Both the position numbers and the translations under genes were made by a program. This document shows positions 1-8,908 of a stretch of 64,000 bases of DNA, piece after piece. Under the pieces are notes generated by a model that worked only from the letters and a program-made list of their open reading frames with translations, was not told where the DNA came from and searched no databases. Each line of letters opens with the position of its first letter. Position 1 is the stretch's first letter. The DNA is from Acidimicrobiales bacterium (lineage in GTDB: Bacteria; Actinomycetota; Acidimicrobiia; Acidimicrobiales; CATQHL01): positions 1,433,884 to 1,497,883 of the forward strand of contig OZ251507.1 of the NCBI GenBank assembly GCA_965242895.1, given 5' to 3'.

Positions 1-895
1 CGGAGGAAGTGAAGACGGTCATGTTTTCGATCACGCCCGCAATCCTCAGGTAATTGTTGCGCCCCATTCGGGCCGCTCTAGCGGCCACGTTCTGAACGCT
101 GCCCGACGGGGTCGTGATGATGATCATCTCGGCTCTCGGGAGGAGTTTGGCCACTCCCATCTGCACGTCTCCCGTGCCGGGGGGCATGTCCACGACCAGG
201 AAGTCCATCTGTCCCCACAGCACGTCCTCCAGAAAATGCCTTACGGCTCTGTTCAGGATGAGACCGCGCCACATGAGGGCGGTTTGCTCGTCGTCCACCA
301 GAAGCCCCATAGAGACCACTTTGAGGATTCCTTCGCCCACGTTCAGGGAGGTGGGGAGTATCTTCCGCTGCTCAGCCGTTCCTTCCAGGCGCCCGCTGAT
401 TCCCAGCATTCGGGGCACCGAATACCCCCAGATATCTGCGTCGAGAAGCCCGATGCTGCGCCCGCTTTCCGCCAGCGCCACTGCAAGATTTACTGCGATG
501 GAGGACTTCCCCACGCCCCCCTTCCCCGAGGAGATCAGCAGTACGCGCGTGGTCGGCGGGATTTCGGTGTCGGGAGCCTGTTCGGCCACGTTCTTGCGGG
601 CGATGGCCATGGTCTTCGACTTTTCTGCAGGCGTGAGTTCCGCCCATTTGATTTCCACGCCCTCGACTCCGTCGAGGGTTGCGATCCGGTCTTTGACGTC
701 GCGTTGAATCTGAGCCCTCAGCGGGCATCCAAGGGTGGTCAGCGCAACGGTCACGCAGACGTGTCCGTCCGAGTCGATTTCGGCGCCCTTGACCATTCCC
801 AACTCGACGATGTTGCTGCCTAGTTCAGGGTCGATCACATCGCGCAGCAGGTCGATTACCTGCTCGCTGTTCGGTGGCGAAGGGCTAGCTACCAT
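1..895 (-). CDS. Mrp/ApbC-family Fe-S cluster carrier ATPase (3' end runs off the window; absent from supplied ORF track)
   Basis: Own translation of the minus strand from ATG at 895 gives MVASPSPPNSEQVIDLLRDVIDPELGSNIVELGMV... (DUF59-like N-domain). It then shows LLISSGKGGVGKSS (deviant Walker A) and DMPPGTGD. The frame is open to position 1. Confidence 0.85.
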   Translation of the reverse strand, partial: MVASPSPPNSEQVIDLLRDVIDPELGSNIVELGMVKGAEIDSDGHVCVTVALTTLGCPLRAQIQRDVKDRIATLDGVEGVEIKWAELTPAEKSKTMAIARKNVAEQAPDTEIPPTTRVLLISSGKGGVGKSSIAVNLAVALAESGRSIGLLDADIWGYSVPRMLGISGRLEGTAEQRKILPTSLNVGEGILKVVSMGLLVDDEQTALMWRGLILNRAVRHFLEDVLWGQMDFLVVDMPPGTGDVQMGVAKLLPRAEMIIITTPSGSVQNVAARAARMGRNNYLRIAGVIENMTVFTSS

Positions 896-1124
896 GTTGG
901 GAGTTTATTTAAGGGTGTCGTGCGGTCGCGCAAGATGTGAAATAATCCCAGGCAGACGGATAGACTAAAAATTGTCTTGATAGCTCGACGCCAACCGAAT
1001 TCTCCATGCTCCAGCCGATTCTCCGCGAGCGAAGATCGGAAGACGCTCAGAGACGGCGCAGAGGCCGTCTTCAGGAGTTGTGAGCCAAACACAGAAACGC
1101 AGACACGCACAGAAAGGTGAGAAG

Positions 1125-1445
1125 ATGCTAACGCTGACATCCACAGCCGCAGAGAAAGTAGGCGAACTGCTTGAACAGGAAGGCGAGGAAGAACTCTTTT
1201 TGCGTGTGGCAGTCAGGCCAGGTGGCTGCTCGGGTTTCAGCTATGAGATGTTCTTCGATTCGGAGGCCAAAGAAGATGACACCGCCGCAACCTTCGGAGA
1301 GGTGCGGGTGATGGTCGACCCTTCTAGTGCGATGCTCCTCCAGGGCGCCACCCTCGATTACAGCGACAGCCTGCAGAACGCCGGTTTCTCGATCGATAAT
1401 CCCAACGCGCAGCGCACCTGCGGCTGCGGTCAGTCCTTCAGCTAG
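1125..1445 (+). CDS. HesB/IscA/ErpA-type iron-sulfur cluster insertion protein
   Basis: MLTLTSTAAEKVGELL...RVAVRPGGCSGFSYEMFFD...CGCGQSF C-terminal Cys motif. The ATG at 1125 is preceded by GAAAGGTGAGAAG. The gene is divergent from mrp. Confidence 0.85.
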   Translation: MLTLTSTAAEKVGELLEQEGEEELFLRVAVRPGGCSGFSYEMFFDSEAKEDDTAATFGEVRVMVDPSSAMLLQGATLDYSDSLQNAGFSIDNPNAQRTCGCGQSFS

Positions 1446-1615
1446 ACGAGTTACGGCGAAGTTCGTTTACAAAGGGCGGCTTGGCGGGGGCGGGGGGTTC
1501 GCTTGCCGGAATTGACGACCTAGCCGGCACCCCTCCGGCGTCTCAGGCCCGATCCCTTAGACAGCCCCGATCCCCTAGAACCGAAACCGCAGGAAGTCGG
1601 ACGACGCACGCTTCG

Positions 1616-3250
1616 ATGTCGGAGATCTCACTGCATGTAAACGATCGGCTGGTGACTGCTCCAGACAAAGGCGCCTCGCTGCTGTGGCTGCTGCGGGAGT
1701 TTCTGAGAATCCGCAGCGTGAAGGACGGCTGCAGTCCCCAGGGTCAGTGCGGTGCCTGCACCGTGTTGGTAGACGGGATGCCGCGCGTCTCATGCGTCAC
1801 GCCGGCTCGTCGGGTTGCAGGCAGGCGGGTGACCACGCTTGAGGGGCTCGGCGACGCCGCGGTGGAGTGGGCAGAGGCGTTCTGCAGCACCGGAGCGAGC
1901 CAGTGTGGGTTCTGCACACCAGGGATCATTCTCCGCTTCGAGGGTCTGCGACGCAAGCCGACCTCTGCTGTTGATCCCCGTCGCGCCTTGGCGGCGCACC
2001 TCTGCCGCTGCACGGGCTGGAAGACGATTCTGGAAGCCTGGGAGAAGGCAGCAGCCGCAGAAGATGAGACGGCTCAGCTGCCGGCGGCTGCGTCCGAGTT
2101 GTCGTTCCCGCCGCCGGTGCGAGAGGCAAGTTCAGCCTCAAAGCCGCCCGCCCCCCGTCCGCCGGGGGAAGGCCGTCGCCGAGACCTCCGCGCAGCCGCG
2201 GCCAGGGCTCAGCTAGAGGGCGGCTGCCCGCAGTCGGTGGGTGCGGAGGTTGCGCTGGGAGAGGGCGGATTTGCGGACGACTCCGCACCTGACGGAGCCT
2301 TGGTTGCCGTGCCTGCCCTCGATGGTGGCTGGGCGTTAGGAGAGAGTATTTCAGAGGCGCGCGCCGCATCCGGCCAGCCGGGCGGGCGGCGCAGCACCCT
2401 CTCCCCCGAACCGCCGCTGGAAGCCCCTCCGGGGGAGTGGGAGAGCACCCTGCGGACTTGTTGGGTGGAGCCCGCCTATCTGGAGCTTGACGCATCCTGG
2501 TGCCTCCCGGGCGGTGAGCCTGCCGATCCCCTGGCCAACGGCGGCGCCTTCGGTGGGAAGCGCTCAAGCGAGGTTCGGTCTGTCGCACGCCGTTTGGCGG
2601 ACGAGACCGGCCGAGCAGTGCGCGTCCTGTATACCCGCGAGGACGCAGTCCGCTTAGGGCCGAAGCGCCCCCCTGTGGCTGGAGGGGCTGACTCCGAAGG
2701 CGGAGGAGTTCTCCGAGCGGTTCGAACCCCAGGTCTGCGCGCAGTCGCGGCTGCGGCGGCCCCTGGTTTGAAAGTCGAAGAGCGCGAAGTGCCCGGCCCG
2801 CCTACGACGATGGCGGCACGCGCTGCTGTCATTGCAGAGGTCACGGCGTTGCTGGCCGGAGCGAGAGGAAGGCTCGAACCGGTGAGGTTCCCTGGAGGTG
2901 GAGAGGCAATGGCTTGGCTGCGTCCTGAGCCCGAGGCGGTCATCGAAGTGGAGGTGTGCTGCGGCTTGCCCCTAGACGAGGTCGTGCTGCGTTCCTACTG
3001 CATCGGGGCCGCTCACATGGCCTATGGCCTGGTGACTTCGGAAGCCGTTGCCGTCACTGACGACGGCTCGGCGGCGGATCTCACGGTGCGTTCCTTCGGT
3101 GTGCTTCCTGCGGCGGCCACTCCGAATGTGGATGTGCGCATAGTGCCGAGCACAGGAGAATCCGTCAACGGTTCCGACGCCGTGTTCGCCGCAGTCGCGG
3201 CGGCCACTTGGCTGGCCCGAGGCTGCCCGCCTTCGTGGCCTACCGGTTGA
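1616..3250 (+). CDS. Xanthine dehydrogenase/aldehyde oxidase-family fusion: [2Fe-2S]-binding (CoxS-like) N-domain plus reduced Mo-cofactor-binding-like C-domain
   Basis: DGCSPQGQCGACTVLVDG, SQCGFCTPGII and CRCTGW match the two 2Fe-2S motifs. Downstream, GGAFGGKRSS and VRVLYTREDAVRLGPKRPP resemble the GGGFGGK and RxED segments of the large subunit. The start was chosen at ATG 1616 (MSEISLHVND). Confidence 0.65.
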   Translation: MSEISLHVNDRLVTAPDKGASLLWLLREFLRIRSVKDGCSPQGQCGACTVLVDGMPRVSCVTPARRVAGRRVTTLEGLGDAAVEWAEAFCSTGASQCGFCTPGIILRFEGLRRKPTSAVDPRRALAAHLCRCTGWKTILEAWEKAAAAEDETAQLPAAASELSFPPPVREASSASKPPAPRPPGEGRRRDLRAAAARAQLEGGCPQSVGAEVALGEGGFADDSAPDGALVAVPALDGGWALGESISEARAASGQPGGRRSTLSPEPPLEAPPGEWESTLRTCWVEPAYLELDASWCLPGGEPADPLANGGAFGGKRSSEVRSVARRLADETGRAVRVLYTREDAVRLGPKRPPVAGGADSEGGGVLRAVRTPGLRAVAAAAAPGLKVEEREVPGPPTTMAARAAVIAEVTALLAGARGRLEPVRFPGGGEAMAWLRPEPEAVIEVEVCCGLPLDEVVLRSYCIGAAHMAYGLVTSEAVAVTDDGSAADLTVRSFGVLPAAATPNVDVRIVPSTGESVNGSDAVFAAVAAATWLARGCPPSWPTG

Positions 3251-3483
3251 ACGGAAGCTCCCGCGCCCATCCGCCCCCATCCGCCGTTCGATCCCTCAGC
3301 GCTTCTCGCCCCCCGCCGCTCCGCAGCCGCGGCGGCAGCCGGCAGGCGGCAGCCGGCATCGGGGAAGCTGGAGTGTAGATTTCCCTTGACTAGGTATACT
3401 GCGCCTCGGAAATCGCCAGCTATCGAATGGGGATGTCCGCTTTCATCTCAAGTAGTCCTTGGAATTAATTGGAGGTCTTATAA

Positions 3484-4908
3484 ATGACTACGCCTGCTGA
3501 AATATTGGCCCTTGCTGAAGACGAGGGTGTCGAATTTATCGATGTTCGTTTCACCGATGTGCCGGGCCAGCAACAGCACATGACGATTCCCGTTTCGCAG
3601 CTTCGAGAGAGCGTCTTTGACGAAGGGTTGGGCTTTGACGGGTCTTCTATCCAGGGGTTCCAGCACATCGACGACTCGGACATGCTGCTGATACCCGGCA
3701 CAGAGGACGCCTTCATCGACCCGTTCTACGAATACAAGACGCTGGTTCTCTTCGCCACCGTCCGCGACCCGGTCACTGAAGAAGAGTACGACAAAGACCC
3801 AGCGGTCGTGGCCAGGAGAGCCGAGCAGTACCTGCTCGACAGCGGAATTGCCGACAAGTGCTATATCGGTCCTGAACTCGAGTTTTTCATATTCGACAGC
3901 GTCGTCTACGGAAATACCCGTCGCAGTTCACACTTCCAAATCTCTTCGGTCGAAGCACCTTGGTCTTCCTTGGAATCGACCGACATCCACGGCGACCTCA
4001 ACACCGGGCACAAAATTCCTTACAAGGCAGGTTACGTGCCGCTCGCCCCGCGTGACAGAGGTCAGGACTTGCGTTCAGAAATGAGCAGAACCTTAGAGGA
4101 CTGCGGTGTCGAAATCGAACTTCATCACCACGAGGTAGGCACCGCCGGTCAGGCTGAAATCGATCTGCGCTTCGACTCCTTGAAGAGAATGGCCGACAAA
4201 GCACAGACTTACAAGTACATCTGCAAGAACGTCGCCGCCAAGGCGGGGAAAACGGTCACCTTCATGCCCAAGCCGGTTTACCAGGACAACGGATCGGGTA
4301 TGCACACCCACATCTCCCTGTGGAGGGGGGATGATCCGTTGTTCTACGGAGATGGGTACGCCGCTCTGTCGCAGTTGGCGCTTCATTTCATTGGAGGGTT
4401 ACTGAAGCACGCTCCGGCGATTCTCGCCTTTTGTGCTCCCACCATCAACTCCTACAAGAGGCTCGTACCCGGTTACGAAGCCCCAGTGAACTTGGTCTAC
4501 TCGCAGCGCAACCGTTCTGCGGCTATCCGTATTCCGATGTATTCAAAGAAGCCGGCCGCAAAGCGAATTGAATTCCGCTGCCCGGACCCTTCGGCCAATC
4601 CCTATCTGGCGTTTTCCGCCATGCTCATGGCCGGCCTTGACGGAATCCAGAACGAGATCGATCCTGGTGACCCCCTAGACGTCAACCTCTACGACCTTTC
4701 AGCGAAGGAAATGGAAGGGATAGAGACGGTACCGGGCGCTCTCTGGGAGTCCCTCGACGCCCTGGAAGCTGATAACGAGTTCTTGAGGCGCGGAGGCGTC
4801 TTCAGCGATCATGTGCTGGATTCGTTCATCGAACTCAAGAGAGGCGAGATTTTCGACGTCGCCATGCGCCCCCACCCCATGGAATTTGAGCTCTATTACT
4901 CGGTTTAA
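3484..4908 (+). CDS. glnA: Glutamine synthetase, type I
   Basis: 474 aa with the typical GSI N-terminus (FIDVRFTDVPGQQQH), GSGMHTHISLW, and NRSAAIRIP. A GGAGG RBS sits upstream. Confidence 0.95.
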   Translation: MTTPAEILALAEDEGVEFIDVRFTDVPGQQQHMTIPVSQLRESVFDEGLGFDGSSIQGFQHIDDSDMLLIPGTEDAFIDPFYEYKTLVLFATVRDPVTEEEYDKDPAVVARRAEQYLLDSGIADKCYIGPELEFFIFDSVVYGNTRRSSHFQISSVEAPWSSLESTDIHGDLNTGHKIPYKAGYVPLAPRDRGQDLRSEMSRTLEDCGVEIELHHHEVGTAGQAEIDLRFDSLKRMADKAQTYKYICKNVAAKAGKTVTFMPKPVYQDNGSGMHTHISLWRGDDPLFYGDGYAALSQLALHFIGGLLKHAPAILAFCAPTINSYKRLVPGYEAPVNLVYSQRNRSAAIRIPMYSKKPAAKRIEFRCPDPSANPYLAFSAMLMAGLDGIQNEIDPGDPLDVNLYDLSAKEMEGIETVPGALWESLDALEADNEFLRRGGVFSDHVLDSFIELKRGEIFDVAMRPHPMEFELYYSV

Positions 4909-5005
4909 GTCGGACGCTCAGGTCAATCCGCATCAACAGCATGTTTCAGGTGCCGTCGCCTCGCCCGTAGGCGCCTGACGGAGAAGCCTGCATCGTCTTT
5001 CTAAC

Positions 5006-6745
5006 TTGGGTGTCGTGCTGCGCATCGGGCTGTGCCAGGTCAATTTCGTCGTTGGCGACCTCCAAGGCAACCTAGAGCGAATCCTTGAGAGGCTGCGGGC
5101 AGCCGAGGCTGCCGGAGCGGATATTGCCGCCTTTCCCGAATTGGCCGTCAGCGGCTATCCGCCCGAAGATTTATTGACCAAACCTAGGTTCCTCGCAGAC
5201 TGCCGAGACGTCCTAGAGACGCTGGCTGCTGCGACTTCTGAGTGCGCCGCCGTAGTCGGCCTGCCGCTTGCCGACGCCGAGACCGGAGACGTCTACAACG
5301 CGGCTGCCGTCTGCGCGGCGGGCGTCGTCGCAGGTTTCGTCAGCAAGTCTCAACTGCCGAACTACGGAGTGTTCGACGAAAGGCGTTATTTCAGCCCTGG
5401 CGCCCCTGGTCCCCTTTTCAGGATCAGGGGGGTGAACGTAGGCGTTTCCATCTGCGAAGACCTCTGGATAGACGGAGGAGCGGTCAATGAGTTGGCAGAA
5501 GCTGGTGCGGAGGTGATTCTCAATCTAAATGCTTCACCGTATTCGCAGGGAAAAGTTGCGGAGCGAATGGAACTGCTTCGACGTCGGGCGGGTGAAATAT
5601 GCTGCCCTATCGCCTATGTTAACCTTGTCGGCGGGCAAGACGAGCTGGTCTTCGACGGCAACTCGATGCTGTTCGATGCCTCCGGCGACTGTTCTGCGCG
5701 AGCGGATGCTTTCGCTGAACAGACTTTGCTGGTCGACGTCGAAGTTTGCGAGCGTGCGAGGGCGGCGGATTCCTCGATCGCTCTGGTGAACGTGAGCGAC
5801 CCCCAGACGGCTGCCCTCCCGCCGCTGCGTCCTCCCGACCCTTCCGACCCTCCCGATCCTCAGCCTGTTTCGTCCTCTGTTTCCGAGGTGTACTCGGCTT
5901 TGGTGCTAGGCACTCGCGATTATGTGCGAAAGAACGGCTTCGACCGCGTCTGTCTGGGTGTCTCCGGCGGCGTGGATTCAGCTCTCACCGCCGCAATCGC
6001 ATGCGACGCCCTTTCCCCGGAGCAGGTTTGCTGTGTTCTGATGCCGTCCCGCTTCACGTCCCGCCATTCTCTCGAAGACGCCGAGCAACTATGCGAAAAC
6101 CTGGGAGCGGAGCGGCGGATAATCCCGATCGAGCCTGCCCACAAAGCTTTCTTGGAACTCCTAGCTCCAGAGTTCGGTGATCTGCCCGCCGACCTTGCCG
6201 AAGAGAACTTGCAGCCTCGGATACGCGCCGTTCTTTTGATGGCGCTGGCCAACAAGTTCGGCTGGCTGGTGCTGGCCACCGGCAACAAAACAGAGAGTGC
6301 CGTCGGCTACTCCACTCTCTACGGCGACACCGCCGGGGCGTTGGCCGTCATCAAAGACATCTGGAAAATGCAGGTTTACGAACTTGCCCGCTTCCGGAAC
6401 TCGCAGGGAGAACGCCCGCCGATCCCGGAGCGGATACTTACTAAGCCACCCACGGCCGAACTCAGAGAGGACCAGCGTGACGATCAGAGTCTCCCCCCTT
6501 ATGCGGTTCTGGATCCGGTAGTGAGGGCTTTGGTGGAAGACGGCAAGACGTCTGCTGAACTTCTCGCTGAAGGACTTGACGCCGAGGTGGTCTCGAGCAC
6601 GGCGCTTTCCCTCTACGCCTCCGAGTACAAGCGAAGGCAAAGCCCGCTGGGGCTGCGCGTAACCCACAGGGCTTTCGGCAAGGATCGCCGCATGCCTGTC
6701 ACCAATCATTACCGCAGCGTCCCCAGCGTCCGAGGGAGTTCGTGA
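5006..6745 (+). CDS. nadE: Glutamine-dependent NAD+ synthetase (nitrilase domain plus NAD synthase domain)
   Basis: CN-hydrolase N-domain (RIGLCQVN..., ICEDLW) and a PP-loop region (LGVSGGVDSAL). The start is uncertain (TTG 5006 or GTG 5015). Confidence 0.9.
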   Translation: MGVVLRIGLCQVNFVVGDLQGNLERILERLRAAEAAGADIAAFPELAVSGYPPEDLLTKPRFLADCRDVLETLAAATSECAAVVGLPLADAETGDVYNAAAVCAAGVVAGFVSKSQLPNYGVFDERRYFSPGAPGPLFRIRGVNVGVSICEDLWIDGGAVNELAEAGAEVILNLNASPYSQGKVAERMELLRRRAGEICCPIAYVNLVGGQDELVFDGNSMLFDASGDCSARADAFAEQTLLVDVEVCERARAADSSIALVNVSDPQTAALPPLRPPDPSDPPDPQPVSSSVSEVYSALVLGTRDYVRKNGFDRVCLGVSGGVDSALTAAIACDALSPEQVCCVLMPSRFTSRHSLEDAEQLCENLGAERRIIPIEPAHKAFLELLAPEFGDLPADLAEENLQPRIRAVLLMALANKFGWLVLATGNKTESAVGYSTLYGDTAGALAVIKDIWKMQVYELARFRNSQGERPPIPERILTKPPTAELREDQRDDQSLPPYAVLDPVVRALVEDGKTSAELLAEGLDAEVVSSTALSLYASEYKRRQSPLGLRVTHRAFGKDRRMPVTNHYRSVPSVRGSS

Positions 6746-7323
6746 AGCAAGCCGGTCTGCCGATCGAAGACTTGGCCGCCCGCGTTGGTCAGTACGTGTG
6801 GTGGGAGCGTCGTCTTTGCGCTGTCCTTGCCGATTGGGCGTGCGACGAAGTCGACAACCGGGCCAGGCTGCACTTCCACACCCTGGGTCGTCAGGTCGAA
6901 GCACACGCCTTCATTTGGGAGGTGCTGCTGCCCGATTCGCCTGCCCTGCACGCTTCCGAGCGTGTCGCGCCTCCACCTGCTTGGAAGGATCAGTCGGATG
7001 CACAGATCACCGGTCTTTCCCCCCCTACTTTCGGGCGGTTGGTGGTCTTGAACGAAACTCTTCTCCCCGTGCTTGCGGCGTCTCTGAATGATTTCACGGA
7101 CGGGCTTTCTCCCGTCTCGGAAGGGCCGGAGTTGCGCCACGCCGACCTCATAGCCCGTGATTTGAGGCGCTTCGCTGCACTAGGGGAGGAGTTGCTGGCC
7201 GGACTCCTAGCGGAGAACGGCAGCCCGAACCTGTCCTCGGAGGTGGCCTCTGCGGTCGGACGATTGCGTCAGACGGCCGGCGCAACTGGTCGGTCGAACG
7301 GAATATGTGTTGAAGAAGAGTAG
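6742..7323 (+). CDS. Hypothetical protein
   Basis: 193-aa ORF whose GTG start overlaps the nadE stop (GTGA). I recognise no family. Confidence 0.45.
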   Translation: MKQAGLPIEDLAARVGQYVWWERRLCAVLADWACDEVDNRARLHFHTLGRQVEAHAFIWEVLLPDSPALHASERVAPPPAWKDQSDAQITGLSPPTFGRLVVLNETLLPVLAASLNDFTDGLSPVSEGPELRHADLIARDLRRFAALGEELLAGLLAENGSPNLSSEVASAVGRLRQTAGATGRSNGICVEEE

Positions 7324-7414
7324 AGAATCTGTAAAGTGAGCGCGCTAGGAGCATCCGTCCGGTGAGGCCATTTCCCCGGGATGAAGATCTGAAGTCCATT
7401 GGGAGGATGGGCAA

Positions 7415-8350
7415 ATGACCAGAGACCGGTTAGAGCGAGAGGACGAAGACCTCGTCCGTCGTTATCTGTCTGAAATCGGCCAGCACACACTCCTCAACAA
7501 AGAAGGGGAGGTGGCTTTGGCCAAGAAAATCGAGGCAGGCAAGAGCGCGAAGTCGCAGTTGCGCCAGCGGCCCTCGATTGGTAAGTCGCGCCGATCCGAA
7601 CTCGAACGCCAGGTCGTCGAGGGGGAGAAGGCCGAGAAGATGTTCGTGCAGTCCAACCTGCGTCTAGTGGTGTCGATCGCCAAGAAGTACCAGGCTTCCG
7701 GTCTGCCGCTCTTGGACTTGGTGCAGGAGGGAAATCTGGGGCTCATTCACGCCGTGGAGAAGTTCGATTGGCGGAAGGGGTTTAAGTTCTCCACATACGC
7801 CACTTGGTGGATTCGCCAAGCCATCACAAGGGGGATCGCCAACACCAGCCGCACAGTTCGCCTGCCGGTTCACGCCGGCGACACCCTGACCCGCGTCCAG
7901 AAGGCCAGAGCCCGCCTAGAGCTCGATCTAGGGCGGAGTCCCACCCTCAAAGAGGTGGCGGAGAAGATCGGCATGCCTGAGAACAAGGTGACCGAGGCCA
8001 TGCGCTTTGCTTCGGATCTGCGCTCGCTTTCCGAACCTCTCAGGGAAGACGGAGACGCCAACCTAGCCGACGTGGTAGAGGACCGCTCGGCTGAATCCCC
8101 ATTCGAAATGGCCGCCAACAAGCTGCTGCCGGAAGAAATTCAGCGGCTGCTCTCTCCTCTCAACCGGCGGGAGCGCGAGATCTTGACGCATCGCTACGGG
8201 CTGGATCGAGGCGGGGTGCGCACCCTCGAGGAAGTAGCAGAACATTTCAACCTCACCCGGGAGCGCATTCGCCAGATCGAAGCCCGAGCCATGTCGAAAC
8301 TGCGTCATCCTTCCTGCGACAGGGGCGCTAGGGAACTCCTCCCCGTCTGA
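7415..8350 (+). CDS. RNA polymerase sigma-70 factor, group 1/2 (SigA/SigB-like, short N-terminus)
   Basis: Region 1.2 ([13 protein letters not shown]), region 2 ([39 protein letters not shown]) and region 4 ([20 protein letters not shown]). A GGGAGG RBS is present. Confidence 0.9.
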   Translation: MTRDRLEREDEDLVRRYLSEIGQHTLLNKEGEVALAKKIEAGKSAKSQLRQRPSIGKSRRSELERQVVEGEKAEKMFVQSNLRLVVSIAKKYQASGLPLLDLVQEGNLGLIHAVEKFDWRKGFKFSTYATWWIRQAITRGIANTSRTVRLPVHAGDTLTRVQKARARLELDLGRSPTLKEVAEKIGMPENKVTEAMRFASDLRSLSEPLREDGDANLADVVEDRSAESPFEMAANKLLPEEIQRLLSPLNRREREILTHRYGLDRGGVRTLEEVAEHFNLTRERIRQIEARAMSKLRHPSCDRGARELLPV

Positions 8351-8407
8351 GGCGAGGCGGTCCCCCGCCGTTTTCGTCGTCCCCTCGCGGCTTGTAGGGT
8401 TGGGGGT

Positions 8408-8500
8408 GGAGGTGTCCGAGCGCCTGGTGGGCTCCCCCGCCTTCAAAGCGGGTGGGATGGGCGATCCCCGTCCGGCGGGTTCGATTCCCGTCCACCTCCG
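8408..8500 (+). tRNA. selC: Candidate tRNA-Sec (anticodon UCA), selC-like
   Basis: 93 nt. The anticodon arm is CCCGC-CTTCAAA-GCGGG, with the same loop as E. coli selC. It has a 7-bp long variable arm and a GGTTCGATTCC T-arm. Acceptor plus T helix totals 13 bp (8/5 with one mismatch, or 7/6). Discriminator is G; no CCA is encoded. Confidence 0.7.
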
Positions 8501-8522
8501 CTCAGAAGTTCGGGATTCCGTA

Positions 8523-8550
8523 TTGCAAAAAGCACTCCGAGGCGTATAAT
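8523..8550 (+). promoter_or_regulatory. Candidate sigma-70-type promoter TTGCAA-N16-TATAAT
   Basis: TTGCAA at 8523-8528 and a perfect TATAAT at 8545-8550, in otherwise GC-rich DNA. The implied transcription start is within a few nt of the ATG at 8559. Confidence 0.3.
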
Positions 8551-8558
8551 CATGTTTC

Positions 8559-8633
8559 ATGCGGAAGTTTTTCCTGTTCGTTTTGGTAGCGGCCCTGGTC
8601 GCTTGGGTTGCCAAGAAGGTTCGCGAGGTCTGA
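8559..8633 (+). CDS. Possible leaderless 24-aa membrane micro-protein (MRKFFLFVLVAALVAWVAKKVREV)
   Basis: The ORF is below the track's size cutoff. It has a single hydrophobic helix flanked by basic residues and starts 9 nt after the TATAAT box. Confidence 0.3.
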   Translation: MRKFFLFVLVAALVAWVAKKVREV

Positions 8634-8908
8634 CGTCTCGGGTCGCCCGAGATCGATCTGACTTTGCTTTCCACCTTCGGCGGCACCCTCCCTTCTTCCC
8701 CTTCTTGATTCCTCTCCTGACTTGAACCAAGCCTGAACGCAGCCTCCCCTCGGCGGCGTTCTCATTTGCGGTTCTCTTGCGGTTTCGGCAGCCGCCTACA
8801 TTTCTCCCTTCCTGATTTTTAGCTCACCTCTGAGCTGATCCTCCCTTAAACCTGGGTTCCCTCCGCCGCTTTCCCCCGAACAAATCGAACCAATCGAGAG
8901 GAGTCGGG

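Noticed and set aside
114-823. Plus-strand ORFs 114-707 (197 aa) and 236-823 (195 aa) from the track
   Set aside because: They are antisense shadows of the clearly recognisable minus-strand Mrp/ApbC gene, and their translations are low-complexity Arg/Pro/Ser-rich.
1046-1072. Hairpin AGACGGC-gcagag-GCCGTCT in the mrp/hesB divergent spacer, considered as a terminator or riboswitch element
   Set aside because: It is not followed by a T-tract, lies upstream of both genes, and matches no riboswitch consensus I recognise.
8063-8686. 207-aa minus-strand ORF
   Set aside because: It overlaps the 3' end of the sigma factor gene and the whole tRNA-Sec candidate. Its composition is typical of high-GC antisense frames.
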